From the NCBI GenBank assembly GCA_042219045.1, contig JBDGQO010000036.1, positions 8,118-36,999 on the forward strand: 28,882 bases of DNA. Direction: 5' to 3'. The translations under genes were made by a program, and so were the position numbers. Positions 1 through 7,541 of the stretch are shown one piece after another (the stretch's first letter is position 1; every line of letters starts with the position of its first letter). The notes under the pieces were generated by a model. It did not search any database and had not been told where the DNA came from. It saw nothing but the letters and a program-made list of their open reading frames with translations. The stretch comes from Candidatus Bipolaricaulia bacterium (GTDB taxonomy: Bacteria > Bipolaricaulota > Bipolaricaulia > RBG-16-55-9).

Positions 1-2845
1 GGAACGTGCCGGAGCGGCCATAGCTGGTCTGCACCCGGGGACCCGTGGCATCGGTCGTGCCGTTGCCGTCGAAGTCCCAGCGGTAGGTGTTGATGATTCC
101 GTCGGGATCGCTCGAATTGCGTCCATCGAAGGTCACCGTCTGATTCACCTGTGGGTTGGACGGATTGACGCTGAATCGAGCCGTGGGCGGTCGCTGTTGT
201 GACTGTCGGCGCACGTTGATCTGTTGGGTTGTGGCGTCGGTGGCGCCCTGGTTGTCGGTGACCGTCAGCGTCACTCGGACGGTGCCGGGCGAGGTGAAGC
301 GGACGTTGACGCGCTCGCCGCTCGCGTTGGCCCGCCGACTGTTCGTTTCGAAACGCCAGCTCCAGTCGACGATACGCCCGTCTCGATCGGAAGAATTGGA
401 CGCATCAAACGTCACAACGTCGCCCACGAACGGCTGGTTGGGGATGTAGCTGAACCTCGCCGTCGGCGCGCGGTTGCTCGGCTGCGAGCGATTCACCTGG
501 AAGCTGGCCACGTCCCAAGCCCAGTCGGGCGTGGGGAACTGGTTGTTGATGCGGTTGCTCAGCACGGAGCGGAAGGTGTTCGGGTCGTCGTAGGAGCTGC
601 GCTGCGTGCCGTCGATGCCGAGGTTGACCGAGCGCGAGGCGAGGATCGCGTGCACGTCCTCGATGCCGGTCGGGCCGGTGATCGTCAAACGACCGGCGCC
701 CAATAAATTCGTGAGGTCGTAGCTGCCGGCCTGCAGGGACGCGTCGCTCGATTCGGTGCGTGGATAAAGGATCTGCACGCTCCCTTGGGCGTCGACGTTG
801 TAGAGGTAGACGTGGCCATCCTGGTTCGTGTTGAACCGGACCCGGATCTCGTCGCCGACGGTGTAGCTGGAGCGGTCCGTGCTGACATCGATACTCAAGG
901 ACGGCCGCTGGGACTGGGCGTTGATGGTGAGCGATGTGGAGTTGTTCCCCTCGTCCGATTCCTCGACCTGATCGAAGGGGTCGACCGTCAGGCGGGCGTT
1001 GGTGTTGGTCTGATTGATCGTCCGCGTGAAGCTGATCGAGGCGCTGGCGCCGGGCGCGAGCCCCGAGATCTGCTGCGTGCGCGTGCTGCCGTTGTCGTCG
1101 AGCTCCACGCTGAACGAGCCGGCGCGCGCGCTGCCCTGGTTGACGACCTCGGCGCTCACCGTCACGGTGTCGCCAACCCTCGGGTTGTTGGGCGAGACGT
1201 TCGCGTTACGAATGGTCAAGTCCGCCAGTTGGGGGGTGGACGGGGTCAATGCCAGCCGCCCGGAGCCGAACTTAGTGGAGGCGCCCATGGAGACGGCCTG
1301 GTTTTCCAGCTTTCGTTCGAGATCGCCGGCGCCGAAGCCGGGGTTCTGCGAGAGCATCAGTGCCGCCGCGCCCGCCACGTGTGGCGCAGCCGCGGAGGTC
1401 CCCTTGAACGGATTCCACTGCGAGGTCGTCACCTGAACGCCGGCCGGGCCAACGAGGTCGGGCTTGACCCGCCCGTCGGTCGTCGGGCCCTGCGAACTGA
1501 AGGGGGCGATCGGTCCCGTGGTCCAGTTCTGATAATCCACCGCGCCCACGGCCAGCGCGCAGCTGCAGTCGGCGGGCGTGACGATGCTGCCCTCCTTGAC
1601 GAAGGGCGAGATCCGCTGGTTCAGGTTGAAGATGGCCAGTTGCTTGGCGGAGCCCACGCTGGCCGGCCGGACGCGAATCTCGTAGTCGCCCGCGGACGGG
1701 GCGCTGAAGAGCAGGTGCTCGGTCGGCGGCTGCGAGCCGTTCTGCACGCGGGTCGATGACGCAACGATCGAGCCACGGCTGTTGGTGACGTAGAGGTCGT
1801 AGTCCTGGCGGGTCGTGGGCCAATCGCGCCACGTCAGATAGACCTCGATCAGTTGACCGCTCTGGGCGCTAAAGCTGAGGCCTTCGCGCCCGGAGGAAAA
1901 CTCGGCCCAGCTGTTGCCGTTGGTGTCGCGGGCGACGCCCTGCCAGTGGCGCCGGCCGTAGTTGCCGGCCGCGTTGACCCAGACGATCCCCGAATTGCGA
2001 GCCCGACGGACGGCGTCATTGATAAGCCCCGTGCCGTCGTAGAAGTTGGTGTTGAACCAGGCGACGGAGTGGTTGACGACGTCGACGCCCATCTGGATCG
2101 CTCGGTCGACGGCGTTCTCCAGGTCAACCTCGTCAGCGACCTTCATCAGGACGAGGTTGGCATCAGGGGCCATGTCGTGGATGACCTCCGCGGACGCGGT
2201 GCCGTGGCTCGAGGAGCTCTGCAGGCCGCTGCCGCTGAAGTCGATGGTCTGGACGTTGCTCGGCAGCTCGCCGCGGGATTGCGCCGCCGAAAGCCCGGCA
2301 AAGCCGAGGTCGATGACGGCGATGGTGGTGTTCTGGCCGCGGGTGCCCTGACTCTGCAGCTGGTCGGCGCCCGTGAGCGCCACGCCCTGGCTGACGGTGA
2401 GCGCTTGGGGGGCCAGGGGCGGGCGGATGTAGCCGACGCCGGCAAGGTTGGCCAATCGCAGCAGCGCGTTGAGCGGGCCCGAGTCCAGGGGAATGCGCAG
2501 CTCGATGAAGTTCTGCGACTGGGCCTGGACGAATTGGCCGCCCATGATGCGACTGATGGCGTTGACGAGGCCGCCGACGTCGCGGGAGACCTCGACGACG
2601 ACGCGGACGGCGTTGCCCTCAATGGGAACGCCGACCTCGTTGGCCTCGGGGCGAAGGCCCTGAGCGCTAACGCCGCCCTGTTCGGCCTTTTTCAGGATGT
2701 TGGCCAGGGCACTGTCGATCTTGCCGCTGGGCGTGGATTTGTCAGGGCCTTGAGCCAAGGCTCCTTGCTCTTGGCCGAACGCTGCCAGCAGCGTCACGCC
2801 CAACACCAGCAGCGTCACGGTTCGCACGAGCGACGCTTGTTTCAT
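1..2845 (-). CDS. Secreted S8 (subtilase) serine protease: signal peptide, propeptide, catalytic domain with insertion, CARDB, DUF4384, at least 2 PKD domains; 3' end lies outside the window
   Basis: Translated by hand from ATG 2845 (SD AAGGAGGG at 2856-2863): MKQASLVRTVTLLVLGVTLLAAFG... Catalytic motifs are IAVIDLG (D179), SHGTASA (H214), VNAAGN and FKGTSAAAPHVAGAAAL (S484). Downstream come CARDB-like ADLTIRN...VDPFDQVEESDEGNN, DUF4384-like YTVGDEIRVRF...VYLYNVDAQG, and PKD-like NRAPTARF...VTLTVTDNQGA and WDFDGNG. I found no stop codon down to base 1 (>948 aa). Confidence 0.93.
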   Translation of the reverse strand, partial: MKQASLVRTVTLLVLGVTLLAAFGQEQGALAQGPDKSTPSGKIDSALANILKKAEQGGVSAQGLRPEANEVGVPIEGNAVRVVVEVSRDVGGLVNAISRIMGGQFVQAQSQNFIELRIPLDSGPLNALLRLANLAGVGYIRPPLAPQALTVSQGVALTGADQLQSQGTRGQNTTIAVIDLGFAGLSAAQSRGELPSNVQTIDFSGSGLQSSSSHGTASAEVIHDMAPDANLVLMKVADEVDLENAVDRAIQMGVDVVNHSVAWFNTNFYDGTGLINDAVRRARNSGIVWVNAAGNYGRRHWQGVARDTNGNSWAEFSSGREGLSFSAQSGQLIEVYLTWRDWPTTRQDYDLYVTNSRGSIVASSTRVQNGSQPPTEHLLFSAPSAGDYEIRVRPASVGSAKQLAIFNLNQRISPFVKEGSIVTPADCSCALAVGAVDYQNWTTGPIAPFSSQGPTTDGRVKPDLVGPAGVQVTTSQWNPFKGTSAAAPHVAGAAALMLSQNPGFGAGDLERKLENQAVSMGASTKFGSGRLALTPSTPQLADLTIRNANVSPNNPRVGDTVTVSAEVVNQGSARAGSFSVELDDNGSTRTQQISGLAPGASASISFTRTINQTNTNARLTVDPFDQVEESDEGNNSTSLTINAQSQRPSLSIDVSTDRSSYTVGDEIRVRFNTNQDGHVYLYNVDAQGSVQILYPRTESSDASLQAGSYDLTNLLGAGRLTITGPTGIEDVHAILASRSVNLGIDGTQRSSYDDPNTFRSVLSNRINNQFPTPDWAWDVASFQVNRSQPSNRAPTARFSYIPNQPFVGDVVTFDASNSSDRDGRIVDWSWRFETNSRRANASGERVNVRFTSPGTVRVTLTVTDNQGATDATTQQINVRRQSQQRPPTARFSVNPSNPQVNQTVTFDGRNSSDPDGIINTYRWDFDGNGTTDATGPRVQTSYGRSGTF

Positions 2846-2868
2846 GGGACAAATTCCCTCCTTCGTTG

Positions 2869-3711
2869 TCATTGGGCCGCCGGCTGCGGACGGCTTGGCG
2901 GTCGCACAAACGCCACAGATGGAGCCGATGCGAGCCGGACGAGTTGATCAATTCTTGCTTGTGCGCTGATAAGCGCCCCATTGCGCGAGGTCGCCACTAG
3001 GTCAATGCCGTCCGGCAATGAGGCCTCGGCGGACGTGAGTTCGACGATCACCTCGGCCCGGAGCCCCGACAGTGAAATATTCTGGCGTTCGGCGTAGTCC
3101 ATCCAGTCGGGCGCCTGGGTCAATCCGTAGAGCACGGAGTCGATCTGGGCCTCGTCGGGCGGGACGGGTTTGCGGGGTTGGGTCATGGGCTCCAGCTGCA
3201 GCGACGCGCTCTGCGTCGGCACGACGCCGAACGGCGCGAGCGCCTCCAGAATCCTGTCGAGGTCGTCAGAGCTGAGGCTCGTCTTCGGCAGCTTCGGCGA
3301 GACGATGAACTCGTAGCCCGATGTCTGGGGCGCTGGGCGCAGGTTGACGCGCCATTGTGACTCATCCAGCCGAATCCAGAATCGCTGGCCGTCAACGATC
3401 AGTTGCGGCGGCTCGAAGAACTGCGATTCTTGGCCAGGATCGCACGACGAGCACGGCTCGCTGCCGTGGAGGTACGTGACGTCCTGATCGGTCTGGATGC
3501 GGATCCAATAGCCTTGTTGTTGGGCCGTTTCGATGACGTCCACGACGTCGGTCGAGGGCGTCTGGACGACGGCCCGAAAGTGTCGCTCGGCATCCACGCT
3601 GCTGATCTCGATGGGACCATCGCTCAGGGCCGAGGCGCTCGGCCCCAGGCCGAGCAGCGCAACGACCAGGATGCCGGACAAGCTGATCATTCGGAGGCGT
3701 TGCGGATTCAT
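2869..3711 (-). CDS. Secreted protein with C-terminal subtilase-propeptide-like domain and no protease domain
   Basis: Start moved to ATG 3711, which has SD AAGGAGGG at 3717-3724. Signal peptide ends ...PSASA. The C-terminus (IDSVL...RAEVIVEL...LVRLASAPSVAFVRPP) resembles the propeptide of the adjacent S8 protease. Confidence 0.75.
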   Translation of the reverse strand: MNPQRLRMISLSGILVVALLGLGPSASALSDGPIEISSVDAERHFRAVVQTPSTDVVDVIETAQQQGYWIRIQTDQDVTYLHGSEPCSSCDPGQESQFFEPPQLIVDGQRFWIRLDESQWRVNLRPAPQTSGYEFIVSPKLPKTSLSSDDLDRILEALAPFGVVPTQSASLQLEPMTQPRKPVPPDEAQIDSVLYGLTQAPDWMDYAERQNISLSGLRAEVIVELTSAEASLPDGIDLVATSRNGALISAQARIDQLVRLASAPSVAFVRPPSRPQPAAQ

Positions 3712-3781
3712 AAGAGCCCTCCTTGGAGGCATGGTAGCGAGGCGGGAGAGCATGTGCTCCCCCGCCTCGGTCCGAACGGCT

Positions 3782-5392
3782 TCACAGGTTCCCGAAGTTG
3801 AAGCAGATGGTGAATTGGAAGCCGGGTTTGTCGACCAGCACCACGCAGATCCGCAGGTCCGCGAACGGCGTCAGGTTGCCCGACTGGAAGTCGATGACAA
3901 ACGGATTGGACGGCGGGTTCTTCTGTGGGCTGCCGAGGAAGACGAAGCGCTTGTTCCGCTCAAGCTGGCCGTCGCCGTCGGTGTCCAGCAGCAGGCGGAA
4001 CTTCAGCTTCGAGGCGTCGTCGGAGACGCCGATGATGTACTCCACGCGCCCGCTGCGCACTGCGCCCGACAGTTCCAGCTTCTGCGGGTCCGATGGGGTC
4101 GGCTTCAGGCCCTGCGAGGCGACGTTGCCCGAGGTCCGGCGCTCCACGCTCGTGAACGCGCCGTCCGTCAGCAGCTCCAGTCGATAGCCGTGGTCGAAGA
4201 ACCAGTTCGACTGGCCTTGGACGACGATCCGCAGGTGGTTGTCGTCGATGGCGTTCACGAAGATGCCGGATTGCGTGGGTTGCGGCCGAGGCGAGCCGAC
4301 CTGGATCCGCTTCGTCGTGCTCGTCGTGGCGCCTCGATCATCCGTGACGGTCAACGTGACCCTGTAGGTGCCCGAGCGCTGATAACGATGGAAGACGGTC
4401 GACCCGTAGGCCCGGGCGCCGTCGCCGAAGCGCCAGCGCTGTTGCGTGATGCGACCGTCGTTGTCGAAGGACGTGGACTCAAAGCGGACGGTCTCGCCGA
4501 CGCTCGGGTTCGACGGCGACAGGGAGAAGCCGGCGGTCGGCGCTTGGTTGGACGGAGCCTGAACGGTGATCCGCTGGCTGGCCGAGCTCGTGGCCCCCCT
4601 GTTGTCGGTCACGCGCAGCGTGACGTTGTAGCTGCCCGAGGAACGATAGGCGTGCTGAACCGTGCGGCCCGTTGCGCTCGTGCCGTCGCCGAAGATCCAC
4701 TGATAACGGGTAATTCGTCCATCCGAATCGAACGACGGCGAGGCATCCAAGCGGACGCTGTCGCCGGCACGAGGGCTCAGATTCGAGACGTTGAACGCGG
4801 CATCCGGCGCTTGATTGCGCTGCTGCCGGCCGACTTGGAAGCTCGTCCAGTCCGTAGCGACCTTGCTTTCCGCGATGATGCCCTGGATGGAGGCCCGCAC
4901 CTGGTTGGCGAACTCCTCCGGGTTGGTGCAGACCTGAGGGAACGCATCGTTGTTCATCGTCATTTGCTGGAACACGTCGATGGGGTCCAGGCTGGCGAAC
5001 GCTTGGACGTATTCCGTGCCCTTGGGCGGCACAACCCGGAAGCGGTAGCTCGACTTGTCCGGTAGGATCTTTTGGCCCGTTGCCACGCGCGGATTGGGCG
5101 AGAATGCGTTCGGGAAAATCCGCACGCAGCGCCCGGCAGCGTCGATGTCGACCAGATAGAGGTAGACGCGGTTGGCGTTCTGGGCGCGGGTGTTGACGCG
5201 AATCTGGACTTCATCGTCGATCCGGAACCGCGACTGGGGCTGCCCCTGGGCATTGAGGACCTGCACGTCGACCTGAATTTTGTCCGAGTCGGGGACCACG
5301 ACCAGGCCCTGCTCGGACTGTGACGCGGCGGTCGGGCCCAACAACATGAGCACCGCGATGGCGAGGCTGAACAACAAGCTGAGACGCTTCAT
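3782..5392 (-). CDS. Secreted DUF4384 + 2x PKD domain protein with an uncharacterised C-terminal beta domain
   Basis: 536-aa ORF with SD AAAGGAGGA and a signal peptide. DUF4384-like motifs VYLYLVDIDAAG...IFPN...PPKGTEYVQAFAS; two PKD repeats NQAP.A.F...W.FGDG...G.Y.VTL.VTD..GA. Confidence 0.85.
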   Translation of the reverse strand: MKRLSLLFSLAIAVLMLLGPTAASQSEQGLVVVPDSDKIQVDVQVLNAQGQPQSRFRIDDEVQIRVNTRAQNANRVYLYLVDIDAAGRCVRIFPNAFSPNPRVATGQKILPDKSSYRFRVVPPKGTEYVQAFASLDPIDVFQQMTMNNDAFPQVCTNPEEFANQVRASIQGIIAESKVATDWTSFQVGRQQRNQAPDAAFNVSNLSPRAGDSVRLDASPSFDSDGRITRYQWIFGDGTSATGRTVQHAYRSSGSYNVTLRVTDNRGATSSASQRITVQAPSNQAPTAGFSLSPSNPSVGETVRFESTSFDNDGRITQQRWRFGDGARAYGSTVFHRYQRSGTYRVTLTVTDDRGATTSTTKRIQVGSPRPQPTQSGIFVNAIDDNHLRIVVQGQSNWFFDHGYRLELLTDGAFTSVERRTSGNVASQGLKPTPSDPQKLELSGAVRSGRVEYIIGVSDDASKLKFRLLLDTDGDGQLERNKRFVFLGSPQKNPPSNPFVIDFQSGNLTPFADLRICVVLVDKPGFQFTICFNFGNL

Positions 5393-5426
5393 GGGCGGAT
5401 TCCTCCTTTGGAATCGATTGATTGGC

Positions 5427-6197
5427 TCAATTGTCTCGGCCTCGGGCGTCCGCGAGGAAGCGCACGACCGAAGCCCACTGCTGCCCGTCGGTCTTGGCGC
5501 CGATGTAGCGGATCAACGCGTCCGGAAGCGCTTGGGCGCCGGCAAACGAGGGACGCGCCAAGGCGTCCATGACCGCGCTCTTCATGGCCGCGACGTCGTC
5601 CAACGGTCGGTTGAGGCGGCGCTCGAAGCGATCCAGCGCCATGGCGGTGGCGGTGATCGCCGTGTCCACGCGGCCGACCGTCAGCTTGACGTCGCCGAAC
5701 TCCGTCCGAAGCACCTTGCTCTGCATGTTCGACGCCAGATGGATGTCGATGCGCTGATACGTCTGGGCGACGCTGAGCAGCGCCTGGTGCAGAGCGTTCA
5801 CCTCGCTGGCCGCCAACGACATGGCTTGGCCGGCGTCGTCGACTTGGCCGAAGACGCTCAGCACGCGGCTGATCAACAACTCCGCCGGCAGGTCGTTCTT
5901 CGCCGGATTGACGGTGGTGCCCACCGTGGACAACAGCGAGGCGGCCGCGTTCTCCGTGGAGCCGCTCAAGCGAGCGGCGACCTCCTGGAGCAGGGCGAGG
6001 GCGCGTGACGCCTGCAGATGGCCGCGGTCGATGCCGGCGGTCAGGTCGTTGCACAGCGTTGACTCCACGTCCTGGGCCAAACGCAACTGGCCGTCGATGA
6101 ACGCGCAGACGTCCTCCGCCGACTGCGCGCTTGCGCCGACGCCCATGGCCCCGATGAGCCCGAACGCCAAAACGAGCGCGATGGATAGTCGTGTCAT
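5427..6197 (-). CDS. Secreted, predicted all-alpha-helical hypothetical protein (256 aa)
   Basis: Likely start is ATG 6197, with an ATGA overlap with the upstream stop and SD AGGAGG at 6205-6210. Signal peptide MTRLSIALVLAFGLIGAMGVGASA. The ORF-track extension to 6563 overlaps the upstream gene. Confidence 0.75.
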   Translation of the reverse strand: MTRLSIALVLAFGLIGAMGVGASAQSAEDVCAFIDGQLRLAQDVESTLCNDLTAGIDRGHLQASRALALLQEVAARLSGSTENAAASLLSTVGTTVNPAKNDLPAELLISRVLSVFGQVDDAGQAMSLAASEVNALHQALLSVAQTYQRIDIHLASNMQSKVLRTEFGDVKLTVGRVDTAITATAMALDRFERRLNRPLDDVAAMKSAVMDALARPSFAGAQALPDALIRYIGAKTDGQQWASVVRFLADARGRDN

Positions 6198-6772
6198 GTC
6201 TGGTCCTCCTGAACGTCGATCTCGCGCACGGCGTTGAGCGCGTTGCCCGCACTGCTGACGAGATAGTCCGCCGCGGGATCGTTGGCCCACCATTGGCCGT
6301 CGATCCTGTAGCCGTACTCGTAGGTGCCGGGCGGCAGCTTGAGGCTGACGGACCAGATGCCGTTGCGCTTGTTCATGGGGATCGGCTGCCACTCGGATTT
6401 CCCCTTGACGGGATAACTGATCGCCACGGAGACGTTCTCCGCGTTCGGCGCGTGCACCACAAACTCGACGCCCTGTTGCGACAGCGGCGTGCCGATCTGT
6501 GTGCCGACGTAGAGCCCGCCGACGAAAACCAGCGCCAACAACGCCACTGCGGCCATGGCCCACGCCGGCCGCATGGCAAGGGGGAACCAGCGCTGGAACA
6601 GACGCCGACGTGGGGGCTCGCTCCGGCTATCGATCTTGTCGAGGACACGCTGGTCCATGTCGGCCAGCCGCTCGCGGTCGCGAGCGACGGCTTCGTCCAA
6701 TTCGTCGCGGACGAGGCGAGCGACCTCCGCGTCGTCGCCCTCCTCGAACGCTTCGTAGCGCTCCTTACGCAT
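6194..6772 (-). CDS. Putative anti-sigma factor: N-terminal cytoplasmic region, one TM helix, C-terminal CBM48/AMPK-beta-like glycogen-binding domain
   Basis: Start overlaps the sigma stop by 8 nt. TM segment WAMAAVALLALVFVGGLYVG. C-terminal VEFVVHAPNAENVSV...W.PIPM...GIWSVSLKLPPGTYEYGYRIDGQWWANDP matches the E-set/CBM48 pattern. Confidence 0.8.
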   Translation of the reverse strand: MRKERYEAFEEGDDAEVARLVRDELDEAVARDRERLADMDQRVLDKIDSRSEPPRRRLFQRWFPLAMRPAWAMAAVALLALVFVGGLYVGTQIGTPLSQQGVEFVVHAPNAENVSVAISYPVKGKSEWQPIPMNKRNGIWSVSLKLPPGTYEYGYRIDGQWWANDPAADYLVSSAGNALNAVREIDVQEDQT

Positions 6773-7313
6773 GGTCCGTCACCCCTTTCGCCGTCAGTCG
6801 GTCCTGCAACGTTTGCTTGCCGCGGTGGATGCGCGTCTTGATCGTCCCTTCCGGGACGCCGAGCGCGTCGGCGATCTCCTGATAGTCGAGCTCGCCGTAG
6901 AAGCGCAACACGAGCGGCATGCGATATTTCTCATCCAGGGACGCGAGGGCCTCTTGGACATGGGAACGGCGCTCGTCCCGTTCGGCGGCGTCAGCCGGGT
7001 CCTCGCCCCCGAACAGTTGGAGCGTGTCTTTGAGCGGCGCCGTGAAGCGTTCGCGCCGCAGCCGGTTTTTGGCCAGATTGCTGGTGATCGTGAACAGCCA
7101 TGTGGAGAACTTCTTGGACATGTCGTAGAGATCGAGCTTTTGGTACGCTCGGATGAATGCGTCCTGGGTGATCTCCTCGGCGTCTGCCGAGTTCTTCAAG
7201 ACGCCAAGCGCAATGCCATAGGTCGCGTCCTGATAGCGTCTCACGATCTCTCCCCACGCGTCGAGGTTGCCGTTGAGCGTCTCTTGCAACAGTTCAAGCT
7301 CCCCTTGTCCCAT
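6765..7313 (-). CDS. ECF-family RNA polymerase sigma-70 factor (SigW/RpoE-like)
   Basis: Region 2 DAEEITQDAFIRAY...KFSTWLFTITSNLAKNRLRR; region 4 LVLRFYGELDYQEIADALGVPEGTIKTRIHRGK. ATG 7313 is preferred because it has SD-like AAGGGAG, and the GTG at 7343 falls inside the promoter. Confidence 0.95.
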   Translation of the reverse strand: MGQGELELLQETLNGNLDAWGEIVRRYQDATYGIALGVLKNSADAEEITQDAFIRAYQKLDLYDMSKKFSTWLFTITSNLAKNRLRRERFTAPLKDTLQLFGGEDPADAAERDERRSHVQEALASLDEKYRMPLVLRFYGELDYQEIADALGVPEGTIKTRIHRGKQTLQDRLTAKGVTDHA

Positions 7314-7335
7314 CTCGCCGCTCCCTTCACCCACG

Positions 7336-7364
7336 ATATACACGCGACCGCCTTCGAAGTTTCA
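7336..7364 (-). promoter_or_regulatory. ECF (SigW-like) promoter TGAAAC-N16-TGTATAT, probably autoregulatory
   Basis: The minus strand reads TGAAAC ttcgaaggcggtcgcg TGTATAT, ending 22 nt before the sigma ATG. The B. subtilis SigW consensus is TGAAAC-N16-CGTA. Confidence 0.7.
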
Positions 7365-7541
7365 CATCGCAGCGCCATCCGTTGAGGGACGCACCTGGTC
7401 TGCCATGACCCGACACGAATCACCCGGGCCACAGACAGAATGGACAGGGGGGTCGGACCCCGGTCCTTGGGGCCAGCGCCGGGGGATTCTAGCGTTGGGA
7501 GTCGACATGATTCGAGAGACTCGCGAGGAGGGCCTACACTC

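Noticed and set aside
2846..2871. Idea that 2869-3711 and the S8 gene are one frameshifted gene
   Set aside because: The protease has its own SD, signal peptide and complete propeptide, so they are two genes.
785..2947. Long plus-strand ORFs (785-1759, 1853-2947) and other ORF-track calls over 1-2850
   Set aside because: They are antisense or off-frame shadows of the minus-strand S8 protease. They show no family motifs and are expected in high-GC DNA.
3533..5065. 510-aa plus-strand ORF
   Set aside because: Antisense shadow of the DUF4384-PKD gene.
7380..7530. GC-rich short inverted repeats between the sigma and lipoprotein genes as a possible ncRNA
   Set aside because: The stems are short, expected at this GC content, and match no RNA family I recognise.
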